Shown here piece after piece: positions 1-13,768 of a DNA stretch of 64,000 nt. Position numbers and translations under genes: made by a program. The stretch's first letter is position 1, and every line of letters starts with the position of its first letter. The DNA comes from Eledone cirrhosa (taxonomy: Eukaryota), in the NCBI GenBank assembly GCA_964016885.1, contig OZ024753.1:33480001-33544000 (forward strand), given 5' to 3'. Below the pieces are notes generated by a model. It was given only the letters and a program-made list of their open reading frames with translations. It did no database searches and was not told the origin of the DNA.

Positions 1-165
1 ATTCAGAATAATGTAATACGACATAGAAAAAAGAATGTTGAATATTATGTTGAAAGATAGAATTGTATGTGAAGAAATAATGAAGCCACAAGTTAGAGAT
101 ATAATTCAAGAAATAGCAAAAACAAAGTAGTGAGGAACATGACATTTAGCCAGAATAGAAGACAC
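1..165 (+). pseudogene. Decayed RTE-type LINE ORF2 C-terminal fragment
   Basis: Manual translation RMLNIMLKDRIVCEEIMKPQVRDIIQEIAKTK**GT*HLARIED resembles the RTE C-terminal 'RML.I.L.DRI.NEEIR...V.DII..I...KW.WAGH.AR' region, with stops. Confidence 0.55.
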
Positions 166-341
166 TCATCTAATGGGCATTCATGATTTCACTCACAAAG
201 TGATTTTTGGAGGCAGAATCCTCAAACCATAACTTTTTTTTTTTCTTGTTTGAAACATGATATAAATCTTTGTACATCTGACTGTTGAGCAGTGGGGTCT
301 CTGTTTAAGCAGAACAGAGAATTACAACTGCCTGCAATGTG

Positions 342-580
342 AAGGTGTGTGGCTTAGTGGTTACGGAGTTGGATTCACAATCGTGAGGTTGCGAGTTCAA
401 TTCTTGGACTGGGTGGTCTGTTGTGTCCTTGAGAAAGACTTTATTTCACATTCCTCCTGCGACCAGTAGATAATATCAGCAATGGAAACATTGTTTCCTT
501 GGTCTGATTCAATGAGATCCATCCCACTCAGGAAGCGAATGAGGTCTGGGATCTTTTCAATCGATCAGAGCAAGAGCGAG
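342..580 (+). mobile_element. tRNA-derived CORE-type SINE (variant tail)
   Basis: A box TGGCTTAGTGG, B box GAGTTCAATTC, CORE-like TGTCCTTGAG.AAGACTTTATTTCAC; second copy at 29249-29500. Confidence 0.8.
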
Positions 581-1017
581 GAGTGTCAATGTGATCAAAA
601 GGTACACCTGCACAAATATATACAATACATCTATAACAGACTTCCTTACAGTTTCTGTCTACCAAATTCACTCGCAGGGTATTAGCTAGCTTGCAGTTGC
701 AAAACAGACCTATCTAATGTGCCTAGTGGTAAGATAGAACTCAAAACTATGAGATTGTGAAGTAAACTAGTTCCGTTTCATTCACTAAAGGTATTGGCAG
801 ATGGTTTTTTTCACTGAATTAAACAGAATTTGTCCTGTAAGAGTCACTTTAGGTTGAAAGCAAAAATTGTTTGCTTAAATTTTTAATCTGTGTTAATAAT
901 AAATATTAGCTCTATGGGTTTATATATATATATATATATAACCCTTATTGAGTTCTCTCTGGATGTTTATGTCTGTATTTATTATTACTACTATATATAT
1001 ATATATATATATATATA

Positions 1018-1212
1018 GGAAAAAGTATGACCCCGACGGCAGAGTTCAAGCCGTTTCGACGGCTATTTCTGGATTAGCCAGAAATAGCCGTCGAAACGGC
1101 TTGAGCTCTGCCATCGGAGTCATACTTTTTCTTATTTCCCACTCTACTACCCTAAGTATTGAGTACTCTGGTACGTTATGGTCCATCTGGTTCCTTACCA
1201 CATTTCCTTTGT
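1018..1212 (+). mobile_element. Fold-back hairpin element (family H) in (TA)n
   Basis: ~55-bp inverted arms (1018-1072/1078-1133) plus ~80-bp unique tail; flanked by TA repeats; related copies at 8378, 17841, 33011, 33860, 60282, 60523. Confidence 0.8.
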
Positions 1213-1735
1213 TATACATATATATATTCACACACATTTTGTAGATTAGTATGTACATGTCTTCCTATATATTTGTGTCATGTATTTTGTGGGCTCCTAG
1301 TCCATCTGACATATTAGTAGCTCTGTGATTAAATATTCCTTCCTTGCTATCAATGAAAACAGAGGTTAACTGATGATGATGATGATGATGCCTGCATGCA
1401 AAAATACCAGCACTAATATCTCCAATACTATCACTATTTCCATTACCACCACTACCATAAATAATAAAGTACAAGCACAACCAATACTATTAGTACATAC
1501 ACAAGTATCAACAACAGTCACCTATATAATTAAAGCTTGGTTCAGCTGGAACATCTGTCACAATCTAAGAAGTAAATCAAAGAACTGTCTTTATCAAATG
1601 ACACTTGGTTTTTGACAATTTAATCCTACGTTGGTTGATATAAAGGTTCTTGTCTGACTGGCTATCAGCCATTTGATAATATCTCCATGGTGAACAAACT
1701 ATTGCAGCTTATTTCTCCTCCATTACTGATAGTTC

Positions 1736-1766
<31 letters not shown>

Positions 1767-1838
1767 ATCATCATTATTATTACTATTGCTACTACATGAG
1801 CAAAAACAACCTATCATTAGAAGTTAACTCTTAGCATG

Positions 1839-2176
1839 ATCATCATCATCATTTTACGTCTGCTTTTCCCTGCTTGCAAGGGTGGGCCGGGAACTGACTC
1901 TGGCTTGATTTCTACAGTTGGATACCCTTCCTAACACCAACCTCATTTACAGTGAGTGCTGGGTACTTTTTTTGCCGTGGCACCTCCACGACCACTTTAC
2001 AGTGGAATGATAGGGACCCCAGTCCCTATCATATCATTTCTACAGCTGAGTAAACTGGAGCAATGTGAAATAAAGTGTCTTGCTCAAGGAAACAACACAT
2101 CACCCGGTCTGAGAATTGAACTCACAACCTTTCGATTGCAAGCCCAATGCTCTAACTACTAAGCCATGTGCCTCCA
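1839..2176 (-). mobile_element. tRNA/CORE SINE family A with RTE-derived 3' tail
   Basis: Reverse complement of the copies at 24857 and 57366; A/B boxes and (ATG)n tail. Confidence 0.9.
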
Positions 2177-2491
2177 TTTGTGTTTATTAAATCAAATGAC
2201 TCCATGATGTGTTTATTAAATCAAATGTTTAAAGTATGTTTACTAGTTGGGAAGATTGTACTTTAGTGGTTGCCTGCACCTCAAATCTCATCTACTATCA
2301 GCAAGGAAATGTAACAACCCGGATATCCAACATTAATACTCAGGTAACACATACCCACCTTAATCCACTATATTGATTGGCCTTATCCCACTCCTACACA
2401 TCACTCTGTACTTAAAGAAGGACCTGACCTCGACATGACAAACCATAAATAATATACACATAGAAACACCCACACAAAAATGACCTATATT

Positions 2492-2620
2492 TAATTGTTT
2501 CTACTTTTTGGCACAAGGCCAGCAATTATCCCAGTGCATTACTGGTACTTTATGTTATCGACCCCCGTAAGGATGAAAGGCAAAGTTAACCTCGGCGGGA
2601 TTTCAACTCAGTCCGTAAAG
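2492..2620 (-). mobile_element. SINE family B (partial)
   Basis: Conserved core GAGTTGAAATCCCGCCGAGGTTAACTTTGCCTTTCATCCTTACGGGGGTCGATAA on the minus strand. Confidence 0.85.
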
Positions 2621-3318
2621 GGAAGTGACATATATATAATGTTGGCAAGAAATATTTTTGATTTTCATTTGATTTGAATAAAATGGTGCCCCTCTTCTAT
2701 TGGTGTCCTAAACATGTGATTATTTTGCTTTATGATTAATCTAAACCCGGGTACAGGATACTGCATGTTAAACTGGGGTGGGTGGGGGGGCAGTAGAGAT
2801 GATATAATAGTATATTAAATATCAAATGATACATATTATATATAAATATAGTAAAATAAAATATATTTATTTATACATAGTAGATATTATAATAGTTATA
2901 TATAAATTAACGATTTTATTTATTATATATCATTTACAATTTGCATGTAGGCAGGTCTCTCTGGAAATAGGGGATGGTGGTACTGCAGGTATTTTGTGGC
3001 TATGATGGGGGTAGGTGGAGTTTGAGAACCTCTGGTTTGGCTCACCAATACACTGCTACTGTATTTAGTAAATACTTTCAGCTGTTCAGGTGTTACTATG
3101 TTTGATGGTAAATATGTGAAATTTTTCATAAAGGAATTCATGCATTCATGTCAGATAAATGGTTGCTATCATATTTTTATGTAACATATAATACCTTCAT
3201 ACATAGATATAATGCATTAATTATTTCACATAATATAAGTTATCTTATGCATGTGTGTGTATATATGCATATACATATATACACATGTATAAATACATGA
3301 ATATGTGTGTATGTATAT

Positions 3319-3405
3319 GTAGAGATGTGCATGTATATGTAGATGTGTGCATGTATATGTAGATGTGTGCATGTATATGTAGATGTGTGCATGTATATGT
3401 AGATA
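3319..3405. repeat. 20-bp tandem repeat (GTAGATGTGTGCATGTATAT)x~4
   Basis: Direct inspection. Confidence 0.85.
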
Positions 3406-3946
3406 TGTATGTGTGTGTTCATGCATATGAGGAAGAATAGACATTAAAATATGCTACTGCTGATGATACAATATAGAGGTATAGAGATAGAGATTTGTAA
3501 AGGCACACTCACACACACATGAGCATGTACACACACACGGGAGCCCATACACACATACATAAGAACATACACACAAACACGAGATCACACACACATTATA
3601 TATATATGTATGCATTAAAGTACATGCAACAATATCTTGATATAAAATAAATAACCACACTTGTTGCCTTAGATGGAAATATTTTATGGACTTGTCATAA
3701 AAGATTAAGTTAGGCACATGGTAGTATTTTTACACATTCAAGCACAAGGCATCAGAATTCTATGCATCATATATTCATAAGATAACAGGGCTTAATCCTA
3801 ATAACTTATTTATGTGTTTATATATCATTTTAATCAACATCACCATTATTATTTAATGCCTTTTTACATGCTAGCAGAGATATCATAATTTAATAATATT
3901 CTATCAAAGCATGCTGTTTAAGAATCTTTTGTTACATTAAAACATC

Positions 3947-4200
3947 TAGGGCTGGGTTTTCACCTGCTGAAGCCCTAAGCTCTATGGAATTTGAGGCCCA
4001 TCTCTCAAAAAATACAATAATCATTTTTTTCTATCAATGTTAATGATAAATAATAAATAATATATGTATAATTTTTTTATGATTTAGTGATAAAGAATAA
4101 AAACTAATGATAAAATATAAATATACTTTTTTAAATGAGGTCCCTGAGGCTGTGTGGCCCTAAACTATAGCTTATTTAGGTTACAGGCAAGTCCACATTG
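3947..4200. mobile_element. Possible decayed MITE
   Basis: GC-richer termini (TAGGGCTGGGTTT... / ...GGCCCTAA...AAGTCCACATTG) around an AT-rich core; TIRs poorly conserved. Confidence 0.3.
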
Positions 4201-4409
4201 AAAATATCATAGTCATCATACCAAACAGGAAAAAACTTTTCCAATTTTAAAATATTTAAAAACCTTTTTTATGGCCTTATGTCTAATGAAATACATTGTA
4301 TTTGAACCCTTTTTATATCAAAACTGCCCCTTGTTCAATGACATAAAAATGTTTATTTTAAAGTGTTTATCATCATTCTACGTCTGTTTACATTACTTAA
4401 TCCCTTAAC

Positions 4410-4663
4410 ATTCATCTTCTTCCCCCATTTATTCCTGGTGGGGGTTATGGGGCCAGAGTCCTCAAATATTCTTTCCAGCGGGTCCTGTCAGAAGCAACTA
4501 TCTCCAATTGAACCGACTGGACCCCCAAGTAAGACCAAAAAATCTCATGGATGTTATGCAACCATCTTGTCTGGGATCTCCTCCTGGGTTTCCCTGTCAG
4601 TTGATTTTGGTCATAAAATCTGTCCAGCAATTCTCTCCCAAGTCATTCTAACAACATGTTCTT
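4410..4663 (-). pseudogene. RTE LINE (Expander/Rex3-like) 3' fragment
   Basis: Minus-strand HVVRM..ERIAGQIL, GKPRRRSQTRW, VASDRTRWK; homologous to 6735-7342 and 31188-31458. Confidence 0.75.
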
Positions 4664-5373
4664 AAAATGTCATTAGTTTCAAAATTATTTGAAAAACTTA
4701 GGCAATGTCTTTCATTAGAATTATAATAATGAAATGGTTAATTAATTCTTGAAGTATTTGGTGAGATCTACTAAAATTATCAATTGGTTGTTATGAATAT
4801 GTTATTTATAAAATAGCTTAATAAAAGGTTCTTATGTTATTAAGTTTAAAACAAAATTCTTTGAAATGGTTGGTTTGGTTTCATAGAATCAGAGTCAGTT
4901 TTGGAGTGTGTTGCTATCAAAATAATAAAAATGTAAATAATTTTTTTATAACATTTTAGAGATAACATTTTCTGACATCAAATATACATTTTGAAACACG
5001 AAAAACTGCTAACCTTTAGCAAGTAAACGAAATATAATAAACAGAAATATATTAAAAAGGAAATATATTTTTATGATAATTTAATATTAAAGACAATTGA
5101 ATCAGATATTATTAAGTAGAAGAAGCCAACCAGGCAGCGAAGCTTTTTCAACATAAAAACAAAAGTTATTACAAAAGAGAGGATGATATTCAGTTGGCAA
5201 AAATCTAACTAGTTCAAAGGTCAACTCCATAATTATTGAAAGACCATTACATTTTAAACAGTTTTCTTATATTTCGAAAGGAATCATAATTAAGTCAGCA
5301 TTTACAGGTCTTGACTTGCAGCCATAACAATGTTGTGAAATAAAATGAAGTAAATATTTGTCATACAGAATTA

Positions 5374-5590
5374 TTAATTTCTAATTTAGGTACAAGGCCA
5401 GCAAATTTGGGGGAAGGGTAAAGTTGATTAAATCAACCCAGTACTTGAATGGTACATTATTTCATTAACCCCATAAGAATGAAAGGCAAAGTTGACTCCA
5501 GTGGTATTTGAACTTAGAATACATAAACACAGGACAAATATCAATATAGTATTTTATCCAATGTTCAACCAATTTTGCCAAACACCACTC
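5374..5590 (-). mobile_element. SINE family B, diverged
   Basis: GGTACAAGGCCAGCAAATT...GAATGAAAGGCAAAGTTGAC...TTTGAACTTAGA matches family B. Confidence 0.7.
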
Positions 5591-6734
5591 TGACATCCAT
5601 AATTATTAAGAGTCATTTTTGTATCAATTTTCACTCTCATCATCATCATCAGTACTACACCTGTGTCTCCTTGCTAGCATGGGTTGAATGAACACTTTTG
5701 AGGCAGAATTCTACAGCTGGATGCCCTTTCTGATACCAACTATGGTACAGATCTTTGCTCATCTAATCACTGAACATTGGGCTCATTTATGCAAAATATA
5801 AACAAAGATCACTGCCTGATATGTTCTTTGCTTACTGCACTATGTTGACAACGAAACGGTATATTATTCGTGCAGAAGGCATCCCTGGACAATTTTCCCT
5901 ATCATAATTCTAAGTTTTCACTTATGACATATATTCTTTCAGCCATTCTGGTAATTACAAGTAGAACTATTTCACTGAAGAGATCTAATAAGCTAGAAAT
6001 AAGTATGGAGTTGTCATCCTATTTGCCAAATATCAAACTCACTCCCCACTGTATGCCCTACCTCATTAAATTTTTAAACAATTTTGATTCACAAGTTACA
6101 TTACATCTTTCGTGATAAGAATTATCATTAACTATAAGAAATTCTTTTTTCTTGGCATTAAAAATATAATTTGAATTTATTAAATAATTAACATTTGAAA
6201 CAATGCCGATATGATTCAAAATTCTATAAAAATAATAAACTTAAAAATATCTTCAATGTAATTTTAGAAAAAAAACAATCAAAATAAAAAATGTTTTTAA
6301 ATGAACAAAAAGACTCAAAATACTAAAAGTTGCCACACAGTCCATTAAATGTTTAACATTTGTGCATAATCAGAAATATTAATTGTTTTATTTTAATTAG
6401 TATTGGTTTGTATTCAGAAATTTATAATTCATATTAATTCATATAAAAACTAATTATTCATTCTATTGTTCATGTACATTAATATTTCTTAAATAAGCTT
6501 TATTCATTTTTATACAAATAAATCACAAAACTTTATTTTGCAGAAATTATATGCTCTATGAGAAATGTTTTGTACATAAAAACACAGCTAGTATGTTTTA
6601 TTACATCTAAATTTTATATTATTCTACAAAAATTAATGGTGATAGGCATGTTTTCAAAATCCTAGGCTAATCTGAACAAACGATAAAAAAACCATGTTTA
6701 AATACAAATTAATATACAACAAGCCGCCGATATG

Positions 6735-7342
6735 GAATTCCACTGAAGCACGTGGAGAAGTTCAAGTATCTCATGGCTATGTTCATGAGGGATGGAAGGA
6801 AGGAGGCTGAATTAATGCACCAGCTTCAACATTTGGTAATTAGAAGAAAGGGAGGTAGGTGTTAAAGCCAAACTGGCTATCTTCAATTCAGTATTTGTGC
6901 CAACCCTTACTTATGGTAATTAATATGGATAATGACCAAAAGAATATGATCACAAATACGAGCGGCCAAAACGAGGTTCCTCCAAAGGGTCCTTGGCTCA
7001 ACATTACTCAATAGAGTTTGTAGCTTGGAGATTAGAGAGTCACTCCAAGCAGAGCAACTACTTCTCCGAGTTGAGAGATCACAGCTCCAATACTATGGAT
7101 ATGTGGTAAGAATGTCTCGGGAAAGAATTGCTGGACAGATTTTATGAGCAAAACAAACCAGCAGGAGACCCAGGGTAGATCTCGAGCAATATGGCTGGAT
7201 GATATCCATGAGTTTGGCTGGTCTCACTTGGAGATCCAGCCAGATCAGTTGGAGATGGTTGCTTCTGACAGGATCCACTGGAAGAAGTGTTTGAAAACTC
7301 TTCCCCCATGACTCTCTTAGGAATCAGTAGGTGAAGAAGAAG
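6735..7342 (+). pseudogene. RTE LINE (Expander/Rex3-like) RT thumb/C-terminal fragment
   Basis: Translates KHVEKFKYL, IFNSVFVPTLTYG, IRAAKTRFLQRVLG, LLLRVERSQLQYYGYVVRMSRERIAGQIL with stops/frameshifts; ends in GAAGAAGAA. Confidence 0.85.
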
Positions 7343-8377
7343 TCTCTGCTATCCAATTGGCTAAATATCAGCAGAAGAGCACCTGGGAGTCATGGCTTGA
7401 ATGCAGCCCAGCCCCCTTAGAGTGTAAGAATTTAAGGGTCAAAAGACTCTTACCACTGTTAAAGAAGTCATTAATCAGGATGATTTGTGGTGTTTGTTTC
7501 AGTTTCAATGTTCTGAGTTTGAATTCTGCCTTCTGTCACCAGAAAAGTTATGATGTCACTGCTTATAGTCACGACTAACAAATAGTATCAGTAATGGAAG
7601 GACTCGTGGAATCAATTTCCTTGGCCTATTTGAATATCAGAATTTTCATTTCCCACTTTTTATGTCATTATAATTGCAGTACTATATGGAGTTCTAAAAG
7701 CTTTCTAAGTCCTCCCATACATGGATAGATATCAGTATATATATATATATATATATATATATACGCACATATATGATGCACAGCTTCTGTGAAACATGAA
7801 TGTATAGATAAGATAAGCTTCTGTCAACTTTACTTTATAGCATGTTTAGACTTCCTTATTTTTCTTCTCTCATTTCAATTTCCTCTCATTTTCTCTTTCT
7901 CTCTCTCTCTTTATATATATACACATACATAAGTATGTGCAATTTTCCATTTCCTATTATGTACAAGATGTCAAAAATTTTTTCCTTACTCAAGAACAAA
8001 TGTCAAATAAAATTATCAATCTGTTGGATTCCCTGATAACCTACGTTTTACATGATTAAACAACATTTTTCAATTTAGCTGCACAACAGTGCTGAAGAAG
8101 TACATTTTATGTAAAAATCATTTCAAGTAACAGTAACACAAACAAACCTGTTCTGATTTTAAGCAATTTATTTCTTTCTCTATTATACTTATATGGCTAT
8201 GTTTATGACAATAAGAATAACAATATATTACTAATTTTCATAGTTTTTTTTTATTTTTTGCATTATTTACATCATTATTTTGGCTGCTATTATGCACACA
8301 TATATACATGTAGGCATACATATAAACACATGCATACACACATATATGTATGTATTTATATATATATATATATATAT

Positions 8378-8544
8378 GACAAAGGAACCAGATAGACCAT
8401 AACGCACCAGAGTACTCAATACTTAGGGTAGTAGAGTGGGAAATAGGAAAAAGTATGACCCTGACGGCAGAGCTCAAGCCATTTTGATGGCTACTTCTGG
8501 ACTCGGAACAGCTTGAGCTCTGCTGTTGGGGTCATACTTTTTCC
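8378..8544 (-). mobile_element. Fold-back hairpin element (family H)
   Basis: Reverse complement of 1018-1212; both flanks are (TA)n. Confidence 0.8.
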
Positions 8545-8738
8545 TATATATATCTATATATATATATATATATATATAAATATACTTGTGTATATGCACA
8601 CATATATACATATGTGTATATATGCACATTCATATGTACATGTATATAGGAATATATATGCATCAATCACAGTATGTAAATACCTGTCTAGCCCATACCA
8701 ACATAGATTATATATGGAAAATGATGATGATCATGATA

Positions 8739-8774
<36 letters not shown>

Positions 8775-9277
8775 GATCATCATCGTTTTCCATACATAAT
8801 ACACATACATAATTTATCAAAACAGGTGCATGTTGCCATGTATATAGAATCAGCAGAAAATGCACAAACTGGAAACCTACCTGTATTTAAAAAAACCTAT
8901 ATTCTTTCTTGTATGAAGAAACTTTTTTGTCATGTATCATAAATGTGCATGTATATGAATAAGTTAAGTGAATCTACAATCTTTTATTTTTATTTTACTC
9001 ACGTGTGTATGTGTGTAATAAAGTGGACATTAAAAAGACTATAGCGATGATATATATATTTATATATATTTCATCATTTCATTTTCATTTTTATATATAT
9101 ATATATATTTGTTTACATATGTGTGTGTGTCTTGATATTACATTTTCTTTTTTATATCTTCTTGCCAACAGGATGGTATCATTATTTGTAAATAAACTAT
9201 TGAATTATGTTGTTTTATATGTTTCTACAGACATTTTATATGTTTCTACAGACATTCATAAATATATAAATTCATAT

Positions 9278-9621
9278 ATCATCATCATGATCATTTTACG
9301 TCCACTTTTCCCTGCTTGCAAGGGTGGGACGGGAACTGATTCTGGCTTGATTTCTACAGCTGGATGCCCTTCCTAATACCAACCCCATTTACAGTGAGTG
9401 CTGGGTGCTTTTTTTGCCGTGGCACCTCCACGACCACTTTGCAGTGGAATGATATGGACCCTAGTCCCTATCATCTCATTTCTACAGTTGAGTAAGTAAA
9501 CTGGAGCAATGTGAAATAAAGTGTCTTGCTCAAGGAAACAACACATCACCCGGTCTGAGAATTAAAGTCACGACCTTTCGATTGCAAGGCCAATGCTCTA
9601 ACCACTAAGCCATGTGCCTCC
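9278..9621 (-). mobile_element. SINE family A
   Basis: Near-identical to other family A copies. Confidence 0.9.
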
Positions 9622-9642
9622 ATATATATATATATCTTACAT

Positions 9643-9829
9643 TGGTGGATTGGCAGTATCGGTAGAGGGTCGGACGCCATGCTTTCCAACATAGTTACGT
9701 CCCTTTACGATCTGAGTTCAAATCCCGCCGAGGTTGACTTTGCCTTTCATCCTTACGGGGTCGATAAAATAAAGTACCAGTAATGCACTGGGTAATTGCT
9801 GGCCTTGTGTTTAAAGTAGAAACAATTAT
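9643..9829 (+). mobile_element. SINE family B, full length
   Basis: TGGCAGTATCGGTAGAG (A-box-like), GAGTTCAAATCC (B box), conserved TTTGCCTTTCATCCTTACGGGGTCGATAAAATAAAGTACCAG core. Confidence 0.9.
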
Positions 9830-10154
9830 ATACCCTGTATTCACTTCACATCTTCCTAACAGAAAATACTTTTAATTCTCTATAAAATCACAAATAAATT
9901 CATTCAGAGTAAAAAGCAGTAAATTGGCAGTATTCATAAAATAGTAGAGAAAATATATTCATAGCAGGATTTATGTGGCTTTTTGAATCTGGACTCTAAA
10001 GAGTCAGAAAAATACAGTAATGTATCCTCTCTGGTGGACTAACAACTACTTGATTTCACCATTCCAGACTTATATTATTTAGAGACCAGAAAATGATAAA
10101 AGGTAATGTTTATAACAGTTTTATGCAATATAAATCAACATAATACATGACTCC

Positions 10155-10335
10155 CCCCTTGGATGGGATGCTAGACAAAAACAGTATTAACCCTCAGCTA
10201 CTACTGTTGGTATTTAAGTTTTAACTTGAGTTGACAGGAGCAAAATGAAATGAATTGCTTTGTGCAAGGCACAACGCATCACACCACCTAGTCTGGGAAT
10301 CAAACCCATGTTGAGATCATGAAACCAACACCCAG
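10155..10335 (-). mobile_element. Diverged CORE-type SINE
   Basis: Similar to 32115-32368 (GGAGCAA..TGAAATGAA.TG.TTTG..CAAG..CACAAC). Confidence 0.55.
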
Positions 10336-10508
10336 GTCATAAATGAGGCCCCACTCCTTCAGAAGTGAAGTAGATTTAGTGCCATCCTTATGCACATCAT
10401 GTTTCAGATTACTATAAAGTAACACTTTTGCTTTAGAAACCACTGTAGAGACAGTTCAACACTTTTGATACAAAAACTGCCTGAAACTGCCTCTGATTCG
10501 ACAATATA

Positions 10509-10672
10509 ATAATTGTTTCTACTTTTGGCACAAGGCCAGCAATTATCCAGTGTATTACTGGTACTTTATTTTATCGACCCCATAAGGATGAAAGGCAAAG
10601 TTAAGCTCGGCCGGATTTGAACTCAGAATGGCATGGCGTCTGACACTCTACCGATACTGCCATTCCACCGCC
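10509..10672 (-). mobile_element. SINE family B
   Basis: Matches the family B core with an internal deletion. Confidence 0.85.
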
Positions 10673-12157
10673 ATTCTACAATATAATAATGTTTATTTTA
10701 AAGTGTTCATATTTATTTAAAAACCTTCCATTCTAACAAACTTTGTTCTGTTAGCTCCAACTTAATAAATAATGAAGTTATCTTATTAAATCACACCAAA
10801 TTCTTAATTATTATCGAAATTAATTGAAAATTATAAATAGTGTCTTTCATTACAGGTATGGAAATGAAAGTATTAATAGATTAACCATAAAATAGATCGT
10901 ACATGCTGTAAAACATTCCTTGTGATATGCTGATGTTTTCTAAATTGATATACACAGAAAAGTAAAGACTACCTATAATTTAATTTCATTTAGACTTGTC
11001 AAGAGAATTGATTACCTAAAGGAATAAATCTTTCCCCCCTTCATTGTTTTTCTGTATCTTTCACCCGATATTGAATATTCAAGAGACATATTTCTTATTC
11101 ACTGTTGTCTTGTCTTGCATAAAGCAATTGTAAATTTCTTCACTGTTTTTGTTCTGCAGGTTTCTTTCTTTATTGCATTTGTTCAATTCGTTGTTTTGTG
11201 TCTACTTAAAAATAAATGATTAACCAATATTTATAGAGGCTTTATTGAAAAAATAATTGTTTTTTTTTGTGTTTTGTATTAATAAGAAGGAATAAAGTGT
11301 TTGAAACTTAAGGGAATTGAACAACAGCAATTTGGAATAATCAATTTATTCCTAATGGCAACAATGTACTTTTACACTGTTGATTGACTGCAAAATAACA
11401 TTTGAATATAGAATTCTTGAGAAAAGCTTGTAATTTATAATGACAGTTACCAATTTTCTTCTTCTGTAGTGACATATGATCCAATGTTGTTGAAATTAAT
11501 ATATTTGAAACAGGAATAGGAAATCAATTTAGTTTACAAGTGATTAATATAACATTTATTTATGTATTCATAAATATATTAGACTCAGCTTTGAGATGAA
11601 AATGCAATAGTGAGCTGATAAAATATACACACATGTATTTATGTATTAATAAATACAAATTTGACTGATATGAAAAAATAAAAGAGTGAAGTAATAACAT
11701 ATTTCCACATGAATTTATGTATTCATAAATACATTTCAATCTCTGCTTTGCAAAATTACAATATTGAAGACGGGAATTAGACTCATATATATATTCTTTT
11801 AAAGTCAAGTGAGAAAAAACTAATTATGAGAGTATAAACAAGATGGACAAAAAAGTATTTCGTCTAACCTCACTTATATATAGATCTCCCTACCATGGTT
11901 TCCTATGGGGAAGAATTCTCATTGCAACCACTAATAATTGAAGAATCTGCCATATTCTTCAAGGGAGTTAAATTCTTCAAGAGCTAAGAGAAATTGAATA
12001 AGATATAATACATACTGTTTCCTTTCCCAAGGCAGCATGATAGGATAAAACAAATGTGTATCGTTATCAAAATCTCCTAGTATATTAGGACTATTTGACA
12101 GGTTTCTAATCTCACTAGAAATAGCAGTCATAATATCATTTGGAACAACTCGACAAA

Positions 12158-12371
12158 TTAACCCTTTAGCATTTACATTACTCTATATATACAATTGTAT
12201 TTTTGTGGTAAAGGCTTTATCTCACATAATATTGAATCTATGAGATTTTGATGTTATTTATTTTGAGAACAATACTTTAATGTCAGTATGAGCAGCCAGT
12301 TCCAGCTGGTTTGAACAGAAAGATGTCAGAGTTCTGGGTAGATGTGGCTGGTTTAAATGCTAAAGAGTTAA
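12158..12371 (+). mobile_element. piggyBac-type MITE (TTAA-flanked)
   Basis: TTAA-CCCTTTAGCATTTA ... TAAATGCTAAAGAG-TTAA terminal inverted repeats; copies at 23493, 28550, 30680. Confidence 0.8.
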
Positions 12372-12894
12372 GGAGCAGTTTAATATTAATTTAAGGTTAA
12401 TTAGTCTAATATATATATGAATTGGCTGAGTCAATAGAGTGTTATGAAAAGGCAAACATAAAAAGCTGTTAATATATTAACTACTACTACTACTACAGCT
12501 GTCGCTCACGCTCAAGCAAGACTAGATAATATCTACCAGGTTTTTACAAAAGGTTTTTGGTCCCCATGCAGTTGTGAGCAGACATGAACACTTTCTTGAC
12601 CATGCCTTCCTTGATTAAGTGGAACATTCAGGAAACAACACTGCATAAACATTAGGCTGGTATATTGACCTCAGAACTGTGAAATGCAAAGTAGAGCACA
12701 GTGGAATTCAACTAAAAAAACAGTGATCCAGAGCAAAATATCCATATATATATATATATCATCATTTAACGTCCATCTTCCTCACAAACACACACATTGA
12801 TTACCTGTAAGACAATATTTATTAGAATGCTGTTGAAGTGTGTATACATTGTTGGAGAGAGAGTGTGCGTGTGCATGTGTGATGTGTGTGTGTA

Positions 12895-13768
12895 CAGGGT
12901 GCGGACGATATTTGTTCGCAATTTTCAACTGCTAATTTTATGCAACTTTTTTTTTACTTCCGCTGTCACTCTTGTCTTCATAAAAACAGTGACTATATTT
13001 CCATTATTTATTTTCAGAATAATTGATTATGAATAATTTTGAACCTCCAAATTTGTGGAAGAGACACGGAGTTCTTGGAATCCGCGCCGAGAGGACAAAC
13101 AAGACCAAAAGATCAACTCCCAGAACAACAGGTGGCTCGCTGTCTCATCCAAAGATGTGCCCAGAATCATGCAGACAAAGTTTCAAGCGACAACATTGGT
13201 CTTAGGTGTCGTCAGCAGTCAAGGTGACGTCATGCCACCTCACTTCTTCCCTGGGAGCCTCAAGCTGAACACCGATGGCTACATCCGCGTTCTGAGCAAG
13301 GTAGTAAAGCCCTGGATCGATCAGGTAGATGCAGGTAGGCCATACGTGTGGCAGCAAGACTCAGCGCCCTGTTATACCAGCTGAAAGACCCAAGCCTGGC
13401 TGTCAGAGAACTTCGTCGACCACACTTCACCTGACATCTGACATCCCAGCTCGTCTGACTGCAACCCCCTTGACTTCTTTGTGTGGGACGCAGTGGAACG
13501 AGACACCAACAGATCTAGCTGTAATACAAAAGACGTTCTGAAGGCCACGATCACAAGTGCCTTTAGGGGCCTAAGTCGGGGGGCAGTGACGAAGCCTTGT
13601 AGCCGGTTCCAAGGCTGCCTTGAGGCCGTCATCAAAGCCAATAGCGAGTGAGATCGAAAGAACAAGTCATGAAGACAAACTGACCCAAGTTTGATAAATA
13701 AATCTTAAAAAATAAAACTTATTTTTTCCTAGACAGTAATCTTGCGAACAGTTATCGTCCACACCCTG
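12895..13768 (+). mobile_element. Tc1/mariner DD37D (maT-type) transposon, internally deleted, non-autonomous
   Basis: ~27-bp TIRs CAGGGTGCGGACGATATTTGTTCGCAA / TTGCGAACAGTTATCGTCCACACCCTG with TA target duplications at 12893-12894 and 13769-13770. Confidence 0.92.
13029..13652 (+). pseudogene. DD37D transposase remnant
   Basis: NSQNNRWLA...VLGVVSSQGDVMPPHFF...VVKPWI...YVWQQDSAP...SSDCNPLDFFVW; 37 codons between the QQD and NPLD aspartates; two in-frame stops; most of the N-terminal domain and the first catalytic D are deleted. Confidence 0.88.

Noticed and set aside
8085-8140. CTGAAGA-AGTACAT-TTT-ATGTA, possible hammerhead
   Set aside because: GAAA is absent (AAAAA) and stems I/III are unconvincing; at best a decayed relic
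11012-11206. Possible minus-strand host exon (TTTTTAAG acceptor, AG/GTAAT donor)
   Set aside because: The open frame hits a stop, there is no recognisable homology and no partner exons
11931-12131. 66-aa ORF with ILGDFD, similar to the APE endonuclease ILGDFN motif
   Set aside because: A single short motif with no other APE motifs recognisable
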